From: Candidatus Moraniibacteriota bacterium
GTDB lineage: Bacteria; Patescibacteriota; Minisyncoccia; Moranbacterales; UBA2206
NCBI GenBank assembly: GCA_049303795.1
Contig: JBAQNM010000004.1
Span: 141,690-187,457, forward strand
Direction: 5' to 3'
DNA length: 45,768 nucleotides
Below the pieces are notes generated by a model. It saw only the letters and a program-made list of their open reading frames with translations. It was not told where the DNA came from and ran no database searches. The first letter of the stretch is position 1, and every line of letters begins with the position of its first letter. The translations under genes and the position numbers were made by a program. Below are positions 7,784 through 16,632 of the stretch, piece after piece.

Positions 7784-9148
7784 TTATATATTTTCTTCGA
7801 TTTTTCCAATCAATTCATTTCTTTTTTCATCAAACAATTTTTGTGAATTAGCTTCCATATTAAGTCTAATCACCGGCTCCGCTTGAGACTTTCTAAGATT
7901 AAATTGCCAATCAGAAAATATTGCAGTCAAACCATCGATTTCTAAAATTTCTGCGCCCGCTTGTGAATAATCAGCTTTTAATTTTTCAATCACTTCTCCG
8001 GCCTTTTCCATATCAGACATTTCAAAATTTCTTTCTTCGAGCACAAAATATTTTTCTCTGAAATTCTTGATTATTTCATCAATTGATTCCTCTTTTACAC
8101 TTATCGCTTGGAGAAAAATTAGCGCTGCCATGACACCATCATCTGCCTCATGAAGCTCAGGGAAAACATAATGGCCGGAAGTTTCTCCACCGAAAACAAT
8201 TTCAGGATCATTTTGTATTTCTAGTTTTATTGGAATTGTCCAACAACTAGACACTATTATTTTCCCACCAATTTTCTCAACCCAATCGCGTACTACTCTA
8301 GCGGTTCGAGTTTCAATAACAACTTTTTTCTTTGGAGAATTTTGAACAAGATATTCAGAAAGCACCGCCATTAAAAGACTGTAATCCACCAATTCACCTT
8401 CTCGATCAACAATCGCTATCCTATCAGCATCACCATCAAACATAAATCCTAAATCTGCTTTTTCGGCCATAACCCTTTCTTTCAGCTTCTCTCTATTTTC
8501 AGGAAGTTTCGGATTTGTTTCGTGATTAGGAAAATTTCCATCTGGTTCAAAAAATAAAGGAACTATTTCCAGTCCTGTCCCAGAAAATACTTTTTCAATA
8601 TACAGCCCAGCTGTGCCATTTCCTGGATCCATAACAACTTTTAGCGGTTTAATTTTTCCTTTTATGGCCTTTCTTACTGCTGACACATATTTATCCGTAG
8701 GATCTTCTTGAGTTATCAATCCTCTATCATCCTTTGCCTCAATCTGTTCATTTAAGACTATACTTTTAAGTTCTAAAATCTGATTACTAGTCAATGGTAT
8801 ATTCTTGCCAAAAACCATCTTAAAACCATTGTTTTCTTTGCTGGCATGAGAAGCTGTCACCATAACGCCACTAAATTCAGATTCGCCAACGGTATAATAA
8901 AAACAAGAAGTACTGCAAAGTCCAATGTCGATAACATTAATGCCCTGTTCTGTTATGCCCTTAATAAAACTTTCTGCTAAAGACGGGGATGAAAGTCTCG
9001 TATCTCGACCAACTATGATAGTTTCTGACTCAGCAAATTTTGCAAAACTTTTTCCAATTTCATATGCCGCTTCTTCGTTTAATTCGGTTGGATATACCCC
9101 CCGAATATCATAGGCCTTAAAAATTTTAGGATTAATTGTTTTTTGCAT
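7784..9148 (-). CDS. Phosphomannomutase/phosphoglucomutase family protein
   Basis: 454 aa. Landmarks: FKAYDIRGVY, Ser loop VTASHASKENNGFKM, metal loop FDGDADRIA, GGETSGH, C-terminal RLNMEA. Confidence 0.9.
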   Translation of the reverse strand: MQKTINPKIFKAYDIRGVYPTELNEEAAYEIGKSFAKFAESETIIVGRDTRLSSPSLAESFIKGITEQGINVIDIGLCSTSCFYYTVGESEFSGVMVTASHASKENNGFKMVFGKNIPLTSNQILELKSIVLNEQIEAKDDRGLITQEDPTDKYVSAVRKAIKGKIKPLKVVMDPGNGTAGLYIEKVFSGTGLEIVPLFFEPDGNFPNHETNPKLPENREKLKERVMAEKADLGFMFDGDADRIAIVDREGELVDYSLLMAVLSEYLVQNSPKKKVVIETRTARVVRDWVEKIGGKIIVSSCWTIPIKLEIQNDPEIVFGGETSGHYVFPELHEADDGVMAALIFLQAISVKEESIDEIIKNFREKYFVLEERNFEMSDMEKAGEVIEKLKADYSQAGAEILEIDGLTAIFSDWQFNLRKSQAEPVIRLNMEANSQKLFDEKRNELIGKIEENI

Positions 9149-9206
9149 ATTGATAAAATTAATTTATTATGCCTTTATAATAGCATAAAGCCGGTTATTT
9201 TTTAAC

Positions 9207-10982
9207 CTACCATCCGCCTCCTCCGCCGCCTCCGCCGCCTCCTCCCGATCCGCCACTGCCACCGGCGCCTGAACCGGAAGAAACATTCGAATTAATACTG
9301 GAAGAAATACTATTTAAACTATCAGTGAAACTGCCAGCATCAAATGAGTTAAAATCTGAACCTAGACCAACATACCAGACTGGGTGGTAATTCTTGAAAT
9401 AATCCTCTCCATAAATTTCTTCCATTTTCTTGGCCCAAAGTTTCGCCATGCCAAAGACAATAGCGTAAGGCAAAAGTTTTTCAAAAATATTTTCTTTCTC
9501 ATAAAACTGCTGACGATATTTTTCCGCTGTTTCCATGTATAATTTAAACCCCTTAATTTTCCAATAAACTTCAGCTCCCTGAGGAGTTCTTTGAGGCATA
9601 ATAAAAGAAAAAATTAGAAAAACAAAAGCGGATAAAATAAGTCCAATAGCAATAAATTGTTGAATGAAAAAGAAAGTGGCCATAAAAAATACAATTGCTA
9701 TGGCTAGAAATACGCCTTTGGAAGTAAGTCCTTTTTTGTTTATCAGTTTTTTTCTAACCAAATCCGAAACCGCGTCCTTTTTTATTTCTTTTATTATCTC
9801 AAAGGCTTTTGATTTTAGAGTATAGAGCTCGACTGATTTTTTACCTCCCAATAGTTTGTTTATCAATTTTTTTTCTAGCGGGTTAGACGCTTCCAGCTTT
9901 CTTTGATCAATCAAAGTTAGCTCGATATTCTTTTGACCAAACACAATAATTTTTTCCAACAAATCTTTTTCTTTTTCTTCAATTTTAATCACTCCCCTGA
10001 CTGCCAAATTTATTATAGAAGCAGTGATATATTCATTCTTAAATCCCCCGCTATTCATCAGCACTCCCATTTCCAAGGGAGTTAAATTTTCCGGCGCTTC
10101 GAATTCAGCAATTATAGTTTTATCCATTCTGGGATCTTTGCCATATTTTTTCCAAATTAAAAAGGCAACTATAAATGAAACAAGAAAAATTACCATTCCT
10201 AGGAAAAATAATATTTGATCTTGATATTTTTCCCAAAAGCTAAACTCATAGGGTGTGACAATATTTTTTGGGAAAGTAACAGAAAGAGTAATTCCCTCTC
10301 GCGCTTTTAGTGTTTTTGTTGAAGTGACTAATAACACATTTTTGTCTGTCCATTGATAGGTGGCATCTTCATTATTTTCCCTTAACTCTCCCGTATAATA
10401 TTCAACCTTGGAATTCACCTCGGATATTCCCAACGGTAAAATTATCTTCGCAGAGAATCTATCGATTTCCAAATCCCAAAAATTTCCATTTAGATTCCAA
10501 TACAATTCGTCCCACTGCGGATTATCAAAATTAATCACATTGCCTATTTCGTAAACTATTTTATATTCATTTATGCCACTAACCGTCCTATCTTTATCGC
10601 CAATTTTCCAAGTTATTGTATTGTCTGTGGAATTTTTAATTGTAGAATAGGAAATATTTTTTCCTGAAAAATCTGTGATACTGACTATCCTAACTGGCAT
10701 AGAAATGATTTTATCAAAAGTTTTGAGTTGAGTTGGCAGTACCCTGAAAATTCCATGCTTATCTCGCGCATTACCACAATCAGCCGTTATTTTTTCTGTC
10801 ACAAGAAGCGTTGAATTTTCACGAACTTCGATTACTGACTCAAAATTATGAATATACCAATCTGTCACATTTTCCCTTGTTTGCAAAATATATGGAGTGG
10901 GCGCTTGTGCATACGAAAAGGAAGGAATGACGAGAAATAAAATTACAAAAAATAAGCCAGATAATTTATTTATTTTTTTCAT
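9207..10982 (-). CDS. DUF2207 domain membrane protein with poly-Gly C-terminal tail
   Basis: 591 aa. Signal peptide (LSGLFFVILFLVIPSFSYAQA), extracellular N-domain, several TM helices, and the family-typical tail GSGAGGSGGSGGGGGGGGGGGW. Confidence 0.85.
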   Translation of the reverse strand: MKKINKLSGLFFVILFLVIPSFSYAQAPTPYILQTRENVTDWYIHNFESVIEVRENSTLLVTEKITADCGNARDKHGIFRVLPTQLKTFDKIISMPVRIVSITDFSGKNISYSTIKNSTDNTITWKIGDKDRTVSGINEYKIVYEIGNVINFDNPQWDELYWNLNGNFWDLEIDRFSAKIILPLGISEVNSKVEYYTGELRENNEDATYQWTDKNVLLVTSTKTLKAREGITLSVTFPKNIVTPYEFSFWEKYQDQILFFLGMVIFLVSFIVAFLIWKKYGKDPRMDKTIIAEFEAPENLTPLEMGVLMNSGGFKNEYITASIINLAVRGVIKIEEKEKDLLEKIIVFGQKNIELTLIDQRKLEASNPLEKKLINKLLGGKKSVELYTLKSKAFEIIKEIKKDAVSDLVRKKLINKKGLTSKGVFLAIAIVFFMATFFFIQQFIAIGLILSAFVFLIFSFIMPQRTPQGAEVYWKIKGFKLYMETAEKYRQQFYEKENIFEKLLPYAIVFGMAKLWAKKMEEIYGEDYFKNYHPVWYVGLGSDFNSFDAGSFTDSLNSISSSINSNVSSGSGAGGSGGSGGGGGGGGGGGW

Positions 10983-11052
10983 ATTATTTATTTAACTATT
11001 TATTAATCATTAATATAATAACATTATATACTCAAAACATATTTAGGGAAAT

Positions 11053-11084
11053 AAAAAAATCCCACGTGATCCGCAGGATTTTTC
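11053..11084 (-). terminator. Candidate intrinsic terminator after the giant surface-protein gene
   Basis: Minus strand: AAAAATCC-tgcggatcacgtg-GGATTTTTTT. The stem is AT-rich with a long loop, so this is weak. Confidence 0.35.
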
Positions 11085-11101
11085 TAGGTCTTAACTTTTA
11101 T

Positions 11102-14100
11102 CTACCCCATCCTCATCTGCATTTTCAGTGCTCCTCTTTCTTTAAGACTAATGTTTTCTTGATATTGGACTCCTTTAGTGTTAGTAACTTCCATGGTGTA
11201 GTTGCCGGGGTCGAGGATGAGGAAGTATCTGCCTTTTTCATCAGAGATAGTTCTGGCTTTGAGTTGATTGTCGAGTTGAGTTAGAACTTTAATGGTGGCA
11301 AAGGGTTCAGGTTTGTTGTCTTTAGTTTTGATGGTGCCCCAAGGATTACTGAAGGATCTGATAATAGCAATTATGGCGCTAATGATGTAGATAGCGAGAA
11401 TGGCGTAGTTCCAGATGTTTTGATCAAGGTAGAGAGCAATTGAGCTGAGGATGATACCAACTAGGAAGAAAGTTTTAGCGATGAAGTTTTTTAGTTTAGC
11501 TAGTTTTATGGCTTGGAAGTAACTTGTTTTTTCTGGGTTCATGGAGATGTCTTTTTTGATAATATCATCTTGTTTAATGTCTAGTTGCTTACCATCATAT
11601 TGATCAGGAAAGAGAATTCTTTCTGAGGTAGTTTCCGGATTAAAGTTGTAGCCTTTTCTAGTTGTTTCCAGATAGTATTCTCCCGGTGGGACAAGGAAGC
11701 TGTAGGCTCCGAATTTATCGGTGATACGTGAGTCATATTTTTTGTATTCTTTGCTGAGAATATTGACTGAAGCAAAGGGAATCGGCTTACCGGAATGGTT
11801 ATCAAAGACTACTCCCCAATCTTTTTTTCTAGCGGAGAAGAGTCCGGAGATGAATCCAAGGAAGATGCCTCTGGAAAGTGTTCCGGCGTCAGCTAGACTG
11901 TTTAACTGAGTAAGTAGGGCGATTACTGTAACCACAATACTGGCAGTAGCTCCGGTGGTAGTGACTGCTTTGGTGTCGATTACTCCAAGGACTTGTTTTA
12001 GTTCTCTGGCTTGAGATTTATTGGTTGGAGTTGGGATAATTCTTGGGGTTGGGAGGGTGGTTGGTATGGGAGTGATTTGGGGGGTTGGAGTTACTTGGGG
12101 GGTGGAGGTTGGAGTTGGGGTGGTGATTACAGGGATAGTGATAGGAGTAGGGGTGGTACAGTTTTTTGTTTTAGTTTCTTCTTTATCAGACCAGTCGGAA
12201 TAGTCGTCATCCAGTTTAAATCTGACTTTGGCAAGATAGTTAGTATCTTGATCAAGATTTTCAATGGTTAGTTTGGCTCGGCCATCACTGTCAGTTTTGA
12301 TGTTGTCTAGTTTGGTTTCCTCTTCCTTGTGAGTAGTGAGGTTTTCTAGTTCGACTTTGAAATCTAGTTTTTCTTTTTCGTAGTCTCCGTCGGTGGAGAT
12401 TTCAATCTCGAGACTAGTACAGTCTTCTTGAATGTTTTTGATGCTAATGTTGAGGGGGGTTGGTGTGATTTCGGGGGTTGGTGTGACTTCGGGGGTTGGT
12501 GTGGGGGTTGGGATAATATCTTCTTCAAAGTTAGCTGTGACATTAATATCCCCTGTTACATTTTCATCCATTCTCGGGTTTTCTGTCGATAGGTCTGACC
12601 AGTCGACAAAGCGATAACCTGGATCAGGCACAGCAGTAACTTCTGTTCCATCATCACCTTCGTTGATTGTTTGTGAAGTGTCACCATCAATTGTTCCATT
12701 GGGGCCGGGGGTATAGGTGAGGGTGTATTGAACCGCTTCTTCTTCAAAAGAATAAATAATATCCAGAGAATCAATCACAGGAGCAGAGCCACGATACAAA
12801 ATCGCTCTCCAGCGAAGATCATTGCCTGTAGTCATGAAAGTATGCGCTATTCCACTAACTGTTTCTTCCCAATCTGCTCCGCCATTGTTAGAAAGAAAAT
12901 ATTCAATATCAGAAGCACCCGGAGTTTCATCATCAGCCGTTAGCGTAGCAGAAATAATATTTTCACTTGTTTCATCTATTTCAATAGATTGAATCACAGT
13001 AGAAGGGGTTTGATTAAAATCATATTTAGTGAAACGAATTCCATCATCACCTCCGTCTTCATCATGAAACCACATAGTATAGGCGCTAGAAAAATCAGAC
13101 AACATTACTAATTTTGAGTTATAAGTTTCATGATCACCCGAAAGACTTTCATCGCCCAGAATTTTCTCATCAGCACTACTCCAGTTTTCACCATTCCATG
13201 TTGTAAAGTGAGTGCTGTACATAGAATAACTGTTCCAAAGAAAATATAACTTATCCTCATTTGAATTAGCAATCATTTCAAAGTTACCTGAACTAGAAGA
13301 ACTAGGATCGGCAAAATTTTCCATTCCTATTGTCACACCATCAGCATTTGTCCACCCAGATCCATTCCAGCGAATCAAACTGTACTCCCCCGACAAATCA
13401 TCTATTCCATAAATAACTGGTCTTTCTTGATAATCCAAAATTATTCTAGGAGAATCCATTTCGCTAAGAGTTTCGTAGCCAAGCGTAGCTCCATCAGCGC
13501 GTGTCCAGGCACTTCCATTCCAATTAGAAAAACCTGCATTAGTATCTGAAATATTCCAAACAACATAAGGTCGGTCGTTGTTATCCAATTCGATTTTTGG
13601 GAGCTTATGAGAACTCAATCCAAGAGAAATCAATTGTGAACCAACAGTGCTTCCGTCCGCATAAGTCCAGTTTGATCCATTCCATCTTGTAAACATAATA
13701 CCATTCGCACCCTCATAGACAATTTCGGGATTATTATTACCATCAATTTTAAAATCAAAATAATCACATACGCCAATAATTTCTGAATCTGGCGTAGTCC
13801 CATCAGCGTGCGTCCAAGACGAACCACTCCACCTCACAAAATGAAGATTATTGCCAATACTTGATCCCCAAGCGATAACCGGATTTCCATCATTATCAGC
13901 TTTCAGCATTGCCATACTATCCCAATACAATGGGGAGGCGCCAGAGATATTTTCTGCACCCAAAGTTGTTTCGTCAGCATATGTCCAATTTACTCCATTC
14001 CATTTGGAAAAATAAACCGAACCATCCGCTCTTGTCCAAATTACTTGAGGATTATTATTAGCATCCAAAATAATATCCAAAAAACTAATTTCGCTAGAAT

Positions 14101-16540
14101 CAGCATTTAAATCTTGATAATTAGCTGACCCATCCATCCCAGTCCAAGCCGTGCCATTCCAAATAGCAAAACGCACTACCTCATCCGTACCATCCAGCGC
14201 CCTCCAAACTATCATTGGGTTACCATTTGAATCAACCGCCATGCTTGTTTTAAATATTTCACCAGCGCCTCCTCCATTAGAATAATCACCCTCAGGAATT
14301 CCATCTGTTAAAGCTTCCATCCCTTCTGTAACTCCATCAGCATGGGTCCATGGATTGGTTTCCATCGTAGCAATGCCATTATTAATATCCCAAACTCCAT
14401 TTGTTTCACTTTCATCTTTTAGCATATCGTCATCAAAACCTTCGCTGAATTGATAATGCGTAGCGTCTGTTCTAATAGTCAAGTCAGCCATATAAATATC
14501 TCCGTCTCCATTCCTCAAATCACCCCAAACAATTTTGTCTCTATAAACAAAAGGATTATATTGACCAGAAATATCAGAAGTTATCTGACTTTCTTCTTGA
14601 CTAATTATATCATACATGTATACATCCACATTACCCCCCCCTTCTCGATAATCCTCCCACACAATAAAATTTCCATAAATTTTTGGATTGGCCTGATCTA
14701 ATTCATCGATTGTGATTTGAGTTTCTGTTTGAGTTTCGAGATCGTGCATATAAATATCAGAATTACCGTTGCGATAATCGTTCCAGACAACTTTATTACC
14801 ATAAATTTCTGGAGAATATTGTCCGGACTCATCAGTAGTAATTTGGGTTTCAATTTGAGTATCCAGATCATACATATAGATATGAGGGGTACTGCGACGA
14901 TCCTCCCAAACGACCTTATTTTTATAAATTGCTGGATTATATTGATCATATGAATTAGTGGTAATCCTAGTTTCTGCCTGAGTTTCAAGATCATACATAT
15001 AAATATCATAATTTCCATTACGATTATCCTGCCAAACTATCTTATTGCCATAAATTGCCGGATAACCTTGATCATCCCCATCAGTGGTAATTTGAGTTTC
15101 TATTTGAGTGTCCAAATCATACATATAAATATCTTTAGCAGAATAACCACCATTTCGATCATCTTCCCAGACTATCTTATTGCCATAAATTACAGGATAA
15201 TATTGATTAGAAACATCTGTAGTAATTTGAGTTTCTACTTGAGTGTCCAAATCATACATAAAAATATCCGTGTTGGTCATCATTCCTTCTTCGCCACCTT
15301 CAATCGGAACAGCATTTCGATAATCTACCCAAACAATTTTATTTCCATAAATCGAAGGATAGGATTGACTCACCGGATCATCATTTGTAATTTGAAACTC
15401 AGTAATAGATATCGCTCCTTCTGTATGAAAATTCCAAACCATATCATTGGAAATTCCCGCATAAAATATTTCCTCACTACTTTTTATGGCAGTCTCATCA
15501 ATATTCACATAAAGAGAACCCCCTAACGAAAGATTGTCAGTTGGATTAATTGTGATAGTGTCAGTTCCCCAACCTAAAATCCTATCAGAAGAGATATCGA
15601 AAGATTCGATTTCTGAATCATCACTGCTATTTTTAATAATAACATTTCCCGTTCCCTGGTAAACTTCTCTGTTAAAAGTTATGGTTAAATTTTCACCAAC
15701 AGAAATGTTCGCTTCATTATCCTCAGGATGAAATGAATTCACTATTAACATACTGGGATCCATTTCCCACTCAAACATACTTCTTGTTCCTTCCTCTACG
15801 CTAGCAATGTAGGAAGCACTTTCCGACGTCGAAGAATCTAAATCATAAATCTCCTCCCAATTCATGTAGTAAAAATCATTCCCTTCTCTATGAAAAAGAC
15901 CTGTGATTCCAGACAATGAAGAATCATCCTCAAGAATGGTAACTAAATTTTCCGGTTCATCAACATCAATGGCGTATAAATCATCCCCCGTTGCTCTGTA
16001 AAAAAATCCGTCATCTGAATTATAAGTCAAGGCTTCTCCATCATTCTCAGCTAGATAGGTTGCGAGTAATGTCGTTTCAGCAGTATCTTTATTGATAGTG
16101 TATAACGAGGCTGGAACATCTGCTCCGTCACCAGTTAAGCCATACAATTGACCATTACCATCAAAAGCTATCGAAGCAAATTTATCCCCCAATTCACCAA
16201 TAATAGTTGCTAATCCGGTAATAACATCCAGTCTTGCCAAATGCCTTCCGCTAAACCCTTCTAGTCGGGTAATTATATAGACCTCTCCCGTTTCCGTATC
16301 GACAGAAGCTCCATTGACTGCTGCGTCACCATGCATATTTTCTCCACTTTCTATGGCAACAACTTTTGTTTCGAGTGTTTCAAATGTTGATGGATCAATC
16401 TTTCTCAGCAGAGTGGTTCCATCTCCAACTTCAAAAACGTCTATAGTGTACAAATCAGCGGCGGATACGGGTTGATTATAAAAAGAAAAAATTATAAAAA
16501 AAATAGATAACCAAAGGAGCCTTCTTATTTTTCTAAACAT
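11102..16540 (-). CDS. Giant modular cell-surface protein (about 1812 aa)
   Basis: The ORF-track frame is 11102..16612. I start at ATG 16540 (MFRKIRRLLWLSIFFIIFSFYNQPVSA, signal peptide) because a TGCTATAAT box lies inside the first 24 codons of the longer frame. Order of modules: beta-rich N-domain, Ig-like domain, 7x (IT.D...Q..P.IYGNKIVW.D.RNG..DIYMYDL.TQ.ETQ), 7x (W.G..WT.ADG), a B-repeat-like module, a PT linker, an FN3-like module, a second PT linker, then TM helices alternating with two beta-sandwich modules. Confidence 0.9.
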   Translation of the reverse strand: MFRKIRRLLWLSIFFIIFSFYNQPVSAADLYTIDVFEVGDGTTLLRKIDPSTFETLETKVVAIESGENMHGDAAVNGASVDTETGEVYIITRLEGFSGRHLARLDVITGLATIIGELGDKFASIAFDGNGQLYGLTGDGADVPASLYTINKDTAETTLLATYLAENDGEALTYNSDDGFFYRATGDDLYAIDVDEPENLVTILEDDSSLSGITGLFHREGNDFYYMNWEEIYDLDSSTSESASYIASVEEGTRSMFEWEMDPSMLIVNSFHPEDNEANISVGENLTITFNREVYQGTGNVIIKNSSDDSEIESFDISSDRILGWGTDTITINPTDNLSLGGSLYVNIDETAIKSSEEIFYAGISNDMVWNFHTEGAISITEFQITNDDPVSQSYPSIYGNKIVWVDYRNAVPIEGGEEGMMTNTDIFMYDLDTQVETQITTDVSNQYYPVIYGNKIVWEDDRNGGYSAKDIYMYDLDTQIETQITTDGDDQGYPAIYGNKIVWQDNRNGNYDIYMYDLETQAETRITTNSYDQYNPAIYKNKVVWEDRRSTPHIYMYDLDTQIETQITTDESGQYSPEIYGNKVVWNDYRNGNSDIYMHDLETQTETQITIDELDQANPKIYGNFIVWEDYREGGGNVDVYMYDIISQEESQITSDISGQYNPFVYRDKIVWGDLRNGDGDIYMADLTIRTDATHYQFSEGFDDDMLKDESETNGVWDINNGIATMETNPWTHADGVTEGMEALTDGIPEGDYSNGGGAGEIFKTSMAVDSNGNPMIVWRALDGTDEVVRFAIWNGTAWTGMDGSANYQDLNADSSEISFLDIILDANNNPQVIWTRADGSVYFSKWNGVNWTYADETTLGAENISGASPLYWDSMAMLKADNDGNPVIAWGSSIGNNLHFVRWSGSSWTHADGTTPDSEIIGVCDYFDFKIDGNNNPEIVYEGANGIMFTRWNGSNWTYADGSTVGSQLISLGLSSHKLPKIELDNNDRPYVVWNISDTNAGFSNWNGSAWTRADGATLGYETLSEMDSPRIILDYQERPVIYGIDDLSGEYSLIRWNGSGWTNADGVTIGMENFADPSSSSSGNFEMIANSNEDKLYFLWNSYSMYSTHFTTWNGENWSSADEKILGDESLSGDHETYNSKLVMLSDFSSAYTMWFHDEDGGDDGIRFTKYDFNQTPSTVIQSIEIDETSENIISATLTADDETPGASDIEYFLSNNGGADWEETVSGIAHTFMTTGNDLRWRAILYRGSAPVIDSLDIIYSFEEEAVQYTLTYTPGPNGTIDGDTSQTINEGDDGTEVTAVPDPGYRFVDWSDLSTENPRMDENVTGDINVTANFEEDIIPTPTPTPEVTPTPEITPTPLNISIKNIQEDCTSLEIEISTDGDYEKEKLDFKVELENLTTHKEEETKLDNIKTDSDGRAKLTIENLDQDTNYLAKVRFKLDDDYSDWSDKEETKTKNCTTPTPITIPVITTPTPTSTPQVTPTPQITPIPTTLPTPRIIPTPTNKSQARELKQVLGVIDTKAVTTTGATASIVVTVIALLTQLNSLADAGTLSRGIFLGFISGLFSARKKDWGVVFDNHSGKPIPFASVNILSKEYKKYDSRITDKFGAYSFLVPPGEYYLETTRKGYNFNPETTSERILFPDQYDGKQLDIKQDDIIKKDISMNPEKTSYFQAIKLAKLKNFIAKTFFLVGIILSSIALYLDQNIWNYAILAIYIISAIIAIIRSFSNPWGTIKTKDNKPEPFATIKVLTQLDNQLKARTISDEKGRYFLILDPGNYTMEVTNTKGVQYQENISLKERGALKMQMRMG
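12022..12160 (-). repeat. Pro-Thr-rich low-complexity linker 2 (coding)
   Basis: TTPTPITIPVITTPTPTSTPQVTPTPQITPIPTTLPTPRIIPTPT, seen on the plus strand as ggttgg/ggggtt-type reiteration. Confidence 0.8.
12452..12515 (-). repeat. Pro-Thr-rich low-complexity linker 1 (coding)
   Basis: IIPTPTPTPEVTPTPEITPTP, with reiterated ggggttggtgtga units on the plus strand. Confidence 0.8.
13140..14180 (-). repeat. Seven degenerate repeats of about 50-55 aa with core W(N/S)G..W(T/S).(A/M)D(G/E) (coding)
   Basis: The seven cores are IWNGTAWTGMDG, KWNGVNWTYADE, RWSGSSWTHADG, RWNGSNWTYADG, NWNGSAWTRADG, RWNGSGWTNADG and TWNGENWSSADE. Confidence 0.7.
14461..15391 (-). repeat. Seven tandem repeats of about 42-55 aa consistent with a 7-bladed beta-propeller (coding)
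   Basis: Seven units from ITNDDPVSQSYPSIYGNKIVWVDYRN...DIFMYDLDTQVETQ to ITSDISGQYNPFVYRDKIVWGDLRNGDGDIYMADL. DNA periodicity of about 130 nt is visible. Confidence 0.85.
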
Positions 16541-16591
16541 AAAATTGTTTTTATTATTATCTTTTAATTTAAGTAATAATTCATTAAATTT

Positions 16592-16600
16592 ATTATAGCA
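16592..16600 (-). promoter_or_regulatory. Extended -10 element TGCTATAAT upstream of the giant gene
   Basis: Minus strand: ...acttttttaTGcTATAATaaatttaatg..., about 50 nt upstream of ATG 16540. The nonamer is identical to the one at 4633-4641. Confidence 0.5.
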
Positions 16601-16632
16601 TAAAAAAGTCAAAATAAATACCCACCAAAAAT

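Noticed and set aside
14450-15526. Regular periodicity of about 130 nt, considered as a CRISPR-like array; also several alternate-frame ORFs here
   Set aside because: The repeat units are contiguous, imperfect and entirely coding (propeller blades). There is no repeat/spacer alternation, and the alternate-frame ORFs are by-products of the repeats.
16541-16612. 24-codon N-terminal extension of the giant ORF (MTFLCYNKFNELLLKLKDNNKNNF)
   Set aside because: It contains a TGCTATAAT extended -10 box and precedes a textbook signal peptide starting at ATG 16540. It is likely untranslated.
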